A stretch of DNA of 63,992 nt, the filler included, from Basidioascus undulatus (lineage: Eukaryota): NCBI GenBank assembly GCA_000826855.1. It is 4 parts of 4 records of this genome, joined end to end, with 100 filler letters (N's around TTAATTAATTAA, not from the genome) between each part and the next. Parts side by side here need not be neighbours in the genome. Positions count along the whole stretch, not along the records: positions 49,310 to 63,992 come from JTLS01000704.1; 3 more parts are not named here. One strand, 5' to 3'. The notes below the pieces were generated by a model, which saw nothing but the letters and a program-made list of their open reading frames with translations, was not told where the DNA came from and searched no databases. The translations under genes were made by a program, and so were the position numbers. This document shows positions 54,048 through 63,992 of the stretch, in pieces. Positions within the stretch are counted from its first letter, which is position 1. Each line of letters opens with the position of its first letter.

Positions 54048-56056
54048 GATGGCTCGTGGAGCTTGGATGCTGGATCTTGGATGGGGGACTGCGTGCGCTT
54101 GGAGGTAAGACCGGAGAGGTTTTTATGGACGAGTAATCTCAAAATTTACTCGGAACAAAAGCAAAGCAACTTGTTGTTCAACTAGTCGGCACATCGCGGC
54201 AGAAGAGGGTGCCAGCATACTCTCGCAATGCATTGTTCACTATCAGGGCTGCTGGCCACCAGCCGATTCGGCTGATTCAATTTTCAACCATTTTGTGCAT
54301 TTCTACGGATACATATCGGTCGTTGCTACTCCCCAACCCGAGGAAATGGGCGAGAAACGGGAAAGATCCGCGGGTGAGAAGGGAGTAGAGTCCATGTTGC
54401 ACGATGCATGCAGCTTTGGGTGTGGCTGTTGACCTGCGCTGGCTGGATGCTAATGTTAGTTTTGCGTGTTTGCTAACAAGCCGAGGGCTTGCACTTTTGT
54501 CTCGCGTCTCGCTTTTCGGGCATTCCCATTGGCAGCACGTGTTGACCGGACTTGCATAAATACGGACTTTCTTAAGAAGTTGGACACAGATATACAATTG
54601 ATAGGGGCGCCCCAATTGCGATTGTGAAAGCACTTGCATACCCTACCGTCAAGGTGGGGTCTTTCAAAGGACCCGTCCTCGTGGATGGTAGAAAAATCAA
54701 ACAAATTCAAGAATTGACTCTTCCTGTTCAGACACTGAACAAGATCAGCGGTGCTTCCGCCCTTGGGAGGAAGAGGGTTAGGCAGTTTGAATGACATTCC
54801 TACAGCCCGGGTTGACCTGTACATCATGAAGTAGTACATTATACGGTCAAAAATTTCTTGGACAAGCAACTTGAAGTTGGGTAGGGCTGTTAGAAAGGGA
54901 ACACAAGGCCGACAGGCAGCGGCTCACTTGGCCCCAATTCGACCCTTTCTGGAAGGCTCCCAAGGTAGGGTTATAGGTATCCTGGGGTACCTCTTGCAAT
55001 GTTTCCAAAGCCGCAATACCACGACGTTCAGAGTGCAACTCTCCCCGAGGTACAAGTCCAATATTGAAGCATCGTCTCCGATCGGCCACATGTCTAAAAA
55101 ATCGAGAGCTCCCCAAGAAACTGTATCCCTTGAAGTCTGAGCATAGAGTTTTATGCCTCTATGCAAGCTTGTGAAAGCATGGGCAGCTTTCCGCTGTGGC
55201 AACGTCAACGCAGTGCTTTCCGGTGGAGCTTCTGCCTAGCCAAGATCAACTCGACGGAGGTCGGAAGCCATTGGTCAAAAGGCCGTATATTGAGCACCTT
55301 TGACTGCATAATCTACTGAGGTATTCGTCTAAGCTCTTCAAAAGATTCCTGGACCTGTGGGACAGGTCTTAAGAGGCAAGAATTCCACCCCTAGTCAATT
55401 TCGTGCGCCAGATTTGGGGGAAATCTCCTGCGCTCTTGCCACTTGCTCTCCGTTTACATCTTGGATGGGCTGCACTTAATTGACACCCTTATTCATCTTA
55501 ATCATGCAATACATTTGAGAATAATGCTGCTGATGGAAAAGCGGCCCAAACTTCCGCAATTGAGGTTCAATACCCAGTAACCCGCTGGTTGATGTGCACA
55601 CTTGTGCCTACACGCATTATGTGGTGCTGTTGGGCGGTATGTTGGATGGTTAGTGAGCGTGAGGTATATATGCAGTAGCCCGGACAAGAAAATTTTACTA
55701 GGAGAGTTAAGTAAGAGATGGCTCTCAAGTCATGACCGAAAGTGAGTATATGAGTGCAGCAAGCTCCGGTCTTTCCTACTGCAGAAGCATCACAGTTGAT
55801 TCTTTATATGGGGCTGCTAAGTGATTTTGCTACATGTGTGCCATGTGTGAGATGCCAAGCCAATTCAGGAAGGCTGTTTATGTATCGCAGACATCCTACT
55901 TTTTGAAGCTCGAAGCTTGATGTCGCAATTGGGCGCAGCCAAAGCGCAGCTGTGCTGTGATTTTCTACGGGGATCTCCACCCTTGCCTTACATAATTCAG
56001 GCTCGCATAAGCATGGCCTTACAATACAAAAGTCTCTATTCGAGAAAATGACGCGA

Positions 56057-56495
56057 GCGTTCGGCAGCGCTCCATTTTCTGTCCTTCACTAATTTCCAGA
56101 ACTGGCGCCCGCGAAGAAAATGGACCTCCAGACGACCTCCATTTTCTTGTCACTTTCTCGCTTCGCCTGCCTCCAACTTGCCCAGAGCTATTCTGCTCTC
56201 CTCCTTCTCGCCCCCCTCAACTCGTTTATTTTCACTACTCATTAAAGCTCCCAATTGTATGGTAAGGTTATTGACATATATACACATTATGACCTCGAAG
56301 TGTCAGTGAAATATAAGAACTTTTGGACAAAACCGATGGGATATGCTTTCCATGGTGCTTCTTGCAGAAATGAGCCAGAAATGATGGGGTGTTCGGCAGC
56401 GCCATTCGCAGGAATCGCATGCCTCCATTTCCGGCCCGAAAGTGAAGGGCGCAAGAAATGGAGGAAAAGTAAAATGAATGAGGTTGCCGAACGCC
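56057..56495. mobile_element. MITE-like inverted-repeat elements
   Basis: GGTGTTCGGCAGC (56388-56400) and GTTGCCGAACGCC (56483-56495) are 11/13 inverted, with an internal perfect IR CCTCCATTTC/GAAATGGAGG. A related copy starts at 56057 with its own IR TCCATTTTCT/AGAAAATGGA. Confidence 0.5.
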
Positions 56496-56735
56496 TTATG
56501 TGTGGTGTGTTCTTTGAGAGTAGTCGTAATAGATCGCCTAAAGGTGTCGCGCGCCACGCGATCCGCTTTTGATGGCGAAACGCGTCCTCGACTCGTCCTC
56601 GCCCTCGGTTCCTTCGATCGACGCAGCGCCCCCTTTGCTCTGCCCATCCTGCCCTAAGATCGCATCGCATACCCTTCATATCCGCATTCCACAACAATCC
56701 AGAGATCGTATACCACTGTCTATACCCTCCCGCCG

Positions 56736-59700
56736 ATGGATTCCTCCCGCCCCACGCCACTAAAGTCTCGTCCGGGCGCGTCCAACGCGTCCGCATCCAA
56801 CGCCGCCTCCTCGCCCTACTTCTCCGCCTCCAAAAAACGCTCCTCCTCAGCCGCCGCCGACCTCTTTGCCTCGCTGTCCGACGACGACGACCTCGTCGTC
56901 CCGCCGCGCAAGCTCCCCAACCTCGGTCCGCCCCACGCTGGCTCCAAGTCCGCACAGAGCCCGTACCGGACACCGGCCAAGGGCGGCTCGATGGCGGGTG
57001 TGGGCGCGCAGGGAAAGGGGGACGATCCGGTGCGGCAGGTGTGGATGGTGCAGTGGTGAGTTCGATTCTCTTTGAGGGCGGATGGGAACGAAGACTGAAG
57101 GCGGCTGGTTGAATAGGCGCAAGCCCCAGAACAAGAAGCACAAGTGCGTCTCCCGATCCCCATGTCCCATCCTTCCGTGCGGCTTTTAACGGCAACTTCT
57201 GGCCATCAGGACGTGGGATGGCGATGGGTTGTTGGTAGTTCGCGGATCGAGATGCACTCTGCAGGACACGGACGGAAAGCAGTGCGTCCCTCAAATCTTG
57301 AAGTCCGAGCCTACCCGCGACGCAAAGACCCACCTACCACACCCAGTCTCGCCTCCGCCGCGCTCAAGACCGCCTCGTTCGCGGAGGGTGACGAGCTCTT
57401 CGTCGGCGGGAAGGAGGTCAGCGCTTCATTCCCATCTTCCCTGTCATCCGATCGGCTCATCTCGTCTCTGGCGCAGTGTGAGATCGACCACGCGATCCCG
57501 CTCAAGTCCTACTACGACGGCACCATATTCCTCTCCTCCTCCTCCTCCGCCGTGACCTCGACCTCCCACCTCTCGTCCAGCACCACCGTCGCCGCCTCGT
57601 CCTTCTACAAAGCGGCCACGCCCAAGTTCCGTGCGCCCCTCATCCCAAAGACCTCGACCTCCCTCGCCGCGCCCGAGAAGGTCAAGAAGAACGAGTCGCC
57701 CAAGCCCGCGCATGACCCGACCAGGGAGGGCGCGCTCGTGATGCGGCGCCCGCAGAAGGAGTGGGAGGTCAAGAACAACAAGAAGTGCGCGATTATCTTC
57801 GTGGCGGGCTGAAGGACGAAGACGCTGATGGCTTGAGTTGGGGGTCTGTTGATGCAGGGGCGCGGCGATCGTCGACGTCGTGGTCGACCCGCTTGTGGGG
57901 ATGAAGCTCCGCCCGCATCAGAGGGAGGGTGTCAAGTTCATGTACGAGGCGGTGATGGGGATGAGGGGGCACGGGGGCACGGGCTGCATCTTGGCGGACG
58001 AGATGTGCGTCCGCGCTCTCCTTTCTCACACACAAACACTTTCGTGAGCCGCATTGATGACATGGAAAACGCGCAGGGGGCTGGGCAAGACTCTGCAGAC
58101 GATCGCCCTCATCTGGACGTTGCTGAGTGCGTCTTCCTCCTCCTACACTGCGCTGCGCAGTTTGATGCCGACGTAAGCTGAACTTGTCGACTTCCTGGTG
58201 GCTAGAGCAGAACCCAGTCTCCGCAGCGGGCCCGGTCATCGGCAAGGCGATGATCGTCTGTCCCGTCTCGCTTGTCAACGTGCGTTCGCAGACCGTCATC
58301 CTTCTTCCCCCTTCCCTTCTCCCCATCTCGCTCTCATGTTCTCGCGAGGTTTACCAACGCACGGGCGGGTTTCAGAACTGGCGCAAAGAGTTCCGCAAGT
58401 GGATTGGCGAATCGCGCATCGGGCTCTTCATCGGCGACAAGGACAAGCGCGAGATCAAGAAGTTTCAGCAATCGCGGTCGCACCAGGTCCGTCTTCGCTG
58501 CGTCATCCCTCAGCCGCGCCTTCCGCGCAAAAGGATGGGCAGCTGAACTGGTTGAGCGGTGATGGACAGGTCATCATCATCGGCTACGAGAAGCTGCGCA
58601 CGGTCGTCGACGAGCTCAAGTATTGCAACCCGCCTATTGGGCTGATTGTCTGCGACGAGGGTGAGTCGGTTCTCAGCATTCCAAGGGAGAGCGAGGAGCT
58701 GATGTGGGGTTGCATGGCAGGACACCGCTTGAAGTCGGCTAGCAACAAGACGACCAAGATGTTCGAGACGCTCGGGACGAAGAGGAGGATCATCTTGTCG
58801 GGGACGCCGATCCAGGTCTGCCTTTCCTTCCGTGTTCTGGTACAGCACGACGAGTCACTGACGCCTCCTCTCGCACCACAGAACGACCTGGGCGAGTACT
58901 ACTGCATGGTCCGCTCTTTCGTTTAGCTTCGTAAATCCTTGCAACATGCCTTTTCGCTGACGCAGCGCGTCCGCACCAGGCCGACTTCTGCAACCCGGGC
59001 CTGCTCGACACGTACTCGACCTTCAAGCGCACGTTCGAGCTCCCGATCATCAAGAGCCGCACGCCGCAGTGCACCAAGACGGACCTCGAGCTCGGCAAGG
59101 CGCGCAGCGAGGAGCTCAACAGGCAGAGCAGACAGTTTGTCCTCCGCCGCACAGCCGACATCCTCCAGAACTACTTGCCCCCCAAGTTTGAGGTGCGTCG
59201 ACCCGAGGCGGCCAGCGAACAAAGGAACAGGGGTGGCTGATGAGTAGAAGGGGTGGGGTAGTTCGTCGTCTTCATCGCGCCCACTAAGCTCCAGCTCGAC
59301 GTGTACAAGAAGATCGTCCGCGGCCCCGGGATCGATAAGGTCCTCCACGGCGCGGCCGCGCAGCACCTCATGCTCATCAACATCCTCCGCAAGCTGTGCA
59401 ACAGCCCTGGGCTGATCCTGCGGACGGTCGAGGACGTGCGTCGCAGTCCCCTTTCTGCATCTACATTCGTCTGGCTTGATAGAGCGGTTGAGCTTGACGC
59501 CGTGCGGGATCGGCAGAACAAGTCGAAGAAGGACGAGTCATCGTCTGGGATCGACCTCGAGAGCACCATCCCCTACTTCCCTCCGCAGGTCAACCCGAGT
59601 GACTTTGAACTGGGCGGTGCGTTCCCCCCTCAAGACCGCATTGTGAACGTGTGCTGATCGCTTTCCCCTTCAGGCAAGCTCATCGCGCTCGCAAACCTGC

Positions 59701-61312
59701 TGCGCACCATCAAGAAGACGACGGACGAGAAGGTCGTGCTCGTCTCGAACTTTACCCAGACGCTCGACATCCTGGAGGTGCATTCCCCCTTGTATTTCTG
59801 GCGGTATTCTAGGAGCGCTCACGTTTGGCATGCGGAGCATAGGACCACTGCCGCCGCTCCAAGTACAAGTACACCCGCCTTGACGGGTCCACGCCCCAGG
59901 CTAGGAGGCAGGAGCTTGTGGACGGGTTCAACAAAACGACGCAGCAGGAGCGCTGTGCGTCGGAGGGGCTTCTCGAACGTGTTGAAGGGATAGCTGATGG
60001 AGATGGAGGACACGCGCAGTCATCTTCCTCCTCTCCTCTAAGTCGGGCGGCGTGGGCCTCAACCTCATCGGCGCGTCGAGGCTGGTTCTGTTCGAGGTGA
60101 GGCATAAGCGCTGTTTTATATCGTGCTATCATTTCGCTGATGCTTGGCGGAATGTGACACAATTCAGAGTGACTGGAACCCCTCGTGCGTGTTCACGGGC
60201 CCGCCGCAGTGAGGAAACGGCGTGAAGCTGACTCGCCTGCGTGCGCGTTGTCGATGGCACAGCAACGACCTGCAGGCTATGGCGCGCATCCACCGCGACG
60301 GCCAAAAGCGCCCGGTGTACATCTACCGGTCAGTCTCAGAGGCTTTCCAGATTTATGAAGAAGCAACAAGCTGAATTCTACATGTAGCTTTCTCACCACC
60401 GCCATGATCGACGAGAAGGTCTACCAGCGCGCGCTTACTAAGATGGGGCTGTCCGAGTCGTTGATGGTGCGTCTCGCATCTTCAGACCGAGTGAGCTGCT
60501 CTCTGATACGTGGCGGATACAGGACAATGCGACGAACAAGAAGGCACAGGGTGACTCGTTCACACTCGCGGAGGTATGTTCGCAATGTCTCTTCGCGCTA
60601 CATCAGTTACAGAGCTAAACATGCTCTGTTGCCGCTGTGATAGCTCCGCGACCTGTTCAACTTGCGGACGAAGACGGCGTGCTTGACTCACGACCAGCTC
60701 GAGTGCGACTGCGTCACGAACCCGCAGAAGGGAGGTGCGAGCGAGATCGGTCCGGACGAGGAGGAGGAGGAGGAGGACGATGAGGAGGTGGGGTTCGTGT
60801 CGGCGACGCAGCACAAGAAGGTCGAGACGAGCAAAGTAAGTGCTCAATAGAGTGTGGGGTTAAATCTACCACCGGCGCGACGCTGACGTTCACCATCTGC
60901 GGCGACCCCCTAGACTGCTAAAGATCGCAAAGCCAAGCTCGCCGCGCTAAACGACTGGACTCACATCGACCCGCTCAAGCGCGCGGGCGCGCTGTCCATC
61001 CGCGACCCGATCCTGCGTACGATGGCGCTCGAAGCGATCGGAGCGGACGGCAGCGTCGACGACGAGGACGCCGACTCGGAGGACGGCCCTCGCGCGGCGC
61101 CCTCGCGCGAGGGGAGCCCGAGGAAGTCGGTCTTCGAGTTCCTCGACGAGGACATGTGCCCCGCGAGCGACGAGGACGAGTTCGAGGAAGACGGCGCGGA
61201 CGACGTCCTCAAGCCGGGAGGGGTCGACTTGGACAAGCTTGTCGAGGACGGCGGGCAGGGGAGGCTCACGTTCTTGTTCGAGAAGATGGGCGGCGTCGTG
61301 GAGAAGAAGTAG
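56736..61312 (+). CDS. RDH54: SNF2-family DNA translocase RDH54/RAD54B
   Basis: N-terminal '[18 protein letters not shown]' typical of Rdh54/Rad54B. Also '[14 protein letters not shown]', '[15 protein letters not shown]', 'VCDE|GHRLK', '[11 protein letters not shown]', '[18 protein letters not shown]', '[27 protein letters not shown]' and 'IDEKVYQR'. Confidence 0.93.
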
Positions 61313-61887
61313 ATGGGGAAGGGGACTTTCGGTGGGGCATCTTGGGACACCTCGCATTTTCGCATTCCGCGCTTCGCATGTTGCAGCATCGTACATTACG
61401 CAGCATCGTTCATCGCATTTGTAGAATATTCTTCAGCGGTTCGGTCAGCATAATTCATTGTTGTATGTCGCGTGAGGTCTTCGAATGCGTTCATGTTTGG
61501 CGCTGTGATGGCCTGCTCATGCAAACCTGCATGCGCTGGCGCAATCTGCATCGCTGAGGATAACCCGGCGCGAAGTCAACCGCGTGTAGATTTCTCAATA
61601 TGTAGCTTCAGCAACAAGGCACCGTCGGCCAGTGCCTTAGATGGAGGTCGCTAAGGAGGAGGCCAGGACAGCGAGGAGTCGCAGCGGAAGACGCGGGCAG
61701 AAGATGCCGCGTATGCCGCCGTCGCGTCTATTGCTGTCTTGCTGTCATTGTGCCTCGTGTCGCCTCTTGCACGGTTCTAAAAACAGTCGGCATTCCCTCC
61801 CCTCTCACGCCTCCTCCTTCCCCGTCCTGCTCTCCGTGACCAACACTCATCTTCTACATCTCGACCTCAGCGGCAGCACAGAAAGGA

Positions 61888-62947
61888 TGCCCCTCCCGCT
61901 CCCCCTCTCCCTCGTCCCTTCGGACCCATTCAGGGCCCTCTACGCCCCGCCCAAAACTCTTTGGCAGAAATCTTACCATGGAGGCTCGCACGGGAGCTAG
62001 GCGGACTATAGCGTCATGGGCGAGAACCGGGAGGGCGGCGTGTGGTTTCCCTTTCATGGTACGCCGCTGTTTTCCAATTCCCAGTCATCGCCGCACTCGC
62101 CTACCTGCGACGATGGCCACCGAATCTCACTGTATGGAGGGGGGAAACAGGTACAGAAGTAACTGTCTTCGGTACGATGCAGTGGGAGAACGAAGGATTC
62201 AAAGCTTCAGTTACGCCGGACTACCCATCCGGGCAGGTGAGGCACTGACCGGGCTATCCAAACATTCGTGACTGCTTTAATCACATGAAGGTGCTCTGGT
62301 CGGACACCAATCTGGTTATTCCTCAACAGCGTCTCTTCCCATACTGTGCTTTGGACCTGACGCTCATGATCGTGACGGGTGACAGACGGACACAGAGCAC
62401 AACTTCATCTTCTCCACCTCCCCGTCCCTTGGCGTACCGAAGCATTGTCCCACGCTTATTGTGGAGGATATCACCATTGTATTGAGCGTGCCGGGTGACG
62501 GCGAAGCGTGCGCTTGCGCTCTTCTCACATGTCGAAGGCGGCAGTGACTGACGCTGTGACGAGGCAGTGTGGAGGAAACGAACATGGGAATCCTGGATAA
62601 TTGGAAGCGGGAGCCGGAAGATTGCTGGACGCTGGATCCGAGTAGGGCACTGCAAGTCCCTCTCTCATTGCTGTCCTTTTTCCGCGTTGGACGCCCTGCT
62701 CACTTCGTTCTTGCGGGCTGCACTTGGACCCACCGGGCTGACTGCGAGCTCTCGATCGAGTTCAACAGTCCGTCTTTCCGTCTACCTTCGCTTGATTCTG
62801 CTCTTCCTTTCTTCAAGCAAAATTTTCACAAGCGGTACTAGAGGCAACTCCTCGATCCCCATGCCGACGGCCCGTATCGAAGTATACCCTGTCAGAATTG
62901 CGCAGTCTGACAACCAAAAGGCAACACCGAAGGATTGGCATACGTGA
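61888..62947 (+). pseudogene. Multi-exon hypothetical gene with in-frame stops
   Basis: ATG 61888, with a TAG at 61998-62000 inside otherwise coding-like sequence ('SHGS*ADYSVMGENREGGVWFPF'). Canonical introns follow. Family not recognised. Confidence 0.3.
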
Positions 62948-63334
62948 AACGCTTCGATGGTGAGCGTGGCCACCGCTGTTTCGGACTGCGTACAGTGCCT
63001 TCGTAACACGTTTACGGAAATACCTCCGAAGAGTCAAATAAAAGTGGTGGACTTATGAACGTGTGCTCGGGTCTGTGCCCAGGTCTTGTTGTGTCTCGGT
63101 TGCAGTCCGTAACGCGACTTTCAGCCCTTCTGGTAGGTTTGCCATCAACCCCCTCTCCGTCTAAGTCTCCGCCTCCGTCTCTGTTCGTACACCCCTCTTC
63201 CCCGCGTCAGATTGCGTCGCGTCGTCGCAACGCTGTCCCAATCCCACTTCCATAGGAACGCGCCCTCCTCCAGCAGACGCTCTTGCCTTCCCACTCTTTA
63301 CACATTCCACTCGTAAGGCATACTACATCCAGCA

Positions 63335-63992
63335 ATGCCCACCTCCGACCAGCCCCTCTCGTTCCCAAAGACCACATTCTACCTCTCCCTCCTCCTAACC
63401 CACGGGCACGCCCAGCTCGTTGGGGAGATCAAGGCGCGCGGGGGAAAGCTCGCGCCGAAGGAAGAGGCGGACGTGCTTGTCCTCAGGCCGGGCCGGGACG
63501 AGCGCGGGGTGAGGGGCAGGGTCACTAGCGCGCTGTGGGTGCGGGAGGAGCTCGACAGGGCATGCGTGTGCAGAGTTCTTTCTACGGTCAACGAGAACCA
63601 TAATTCGAACTTGACATGGACTGCGTGGACGGTCAGGGTCGAAACATCGCCGTCGACCTCGACGCAGCAGCAACAGCAACAGCAGCGGCAGCCTCAGCTC
63701 CCTCCTCCTCAAGAGACTTTCCATAAACCCTCGCCCTCCCCATCCCCATCCCCACCCCCATCCGCGCCAGCGCCCGCGCCGAAACCGACCCGCAAGCGCC
63801 TCGCGATCGATATCCCCTCCTCGCCTCCTCCCGCGCGCCCCTTCCATCGGGCCGGCCTCATTGCCACCAGCTCCTCCTCCGAATCCTCCGAGTCCGAATC
63901 CGAGTTCCCCTCGCGCTCTCCCACGAGCGACCTCGACTTCAACTCCCTCTTCGGCTTCAGCCTGCATCCCTTCCCCCGCCCCGCGCCGGCCC
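63335..63992 (+). CDS. 5' part of a gene with an N-terminal BRCT-like domain followed by low-complexity Q/P/S sequence
   Basis: The frame is open from ATG 63335 to the window end: 'FPKTTFYLS..LVGEIKARGGKLAPKEEADVLVL..VTSALWVREEL' (BRCT-like F..I-x3-GG..AD..W pattern). Confidence 0.45.
   Translation, partial: MPTSDQPLSFPKTTFYLSLLLTHGHAQLVGEIKARGGKLAPKEEADVLVLRPGRDERGVRGRVTSALWVREELDRACVCRVLSTVNENHNSNLTWTAWTVRVETSPSTSTQQQQQQQRQPQLPPPQETFHKPSPSPSPSPPPSAPAPAPKPTRKRLAIDIPSSPPPARPFHRAGLIATSSSSESSESESEFPSRSPTSDLDFNSLFGFSLHPFPRPAPA

Noticed and set aside
56287..57333. 348-aa minus-strand ORF
   Set aside because: Antisense to RDH54 exons and promoter, with low-complexity composition.

Overview
Eukaryotic, intron-rich fungal DNA, most likely a basidiomycete (short GT-AG introns with CTRAY branch points, high GC3). 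The window is not one locus. It is four contigs (1-16363, 16464-32790, 32891-49209, 49310-63992) joined by artificial 100-bp spacers (44 N + TTAATTAATTAA + 44 N), so neighbourhoods are only meaningful within a contig. Recognisable genes: aspartate kinase 3' end, a divergent universal-stress-protein gene, HPPD head-to-head with a TTC36-like TPR gene, UMP1/DPM2, BCKDH E1-beta, ATG9, an HSL-family alpha/beta hydrolase, casein kinase I, a PITH-domain protein, a Pho89/PiT phosphate transporter, a decayed Clr2 homologue, a GM130/Bug1-like golgin, an old-yellow-enzyme oxidoreductase, 3-dehydroshikimate dehydratase, a homoserine dehydrogenase 3' fragment, an intron-containing tRNA-Tyr(GTA), RDH54/RAD54B and a BRCT-like gene start. 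There are also F-box-like pseudogenes, CpG-depleted repeat relics and MITE-like hairpins. The most interesting signal is the divergent HPPD-TTC36 pair. It may tie the mammalian HPD stabiliser TTC36 to the Aspergillus HppD accessory factor HmgX as one ancient two-gene module. All calls come from manual translation, splicing and remembered family motifs, and no database searches were run.
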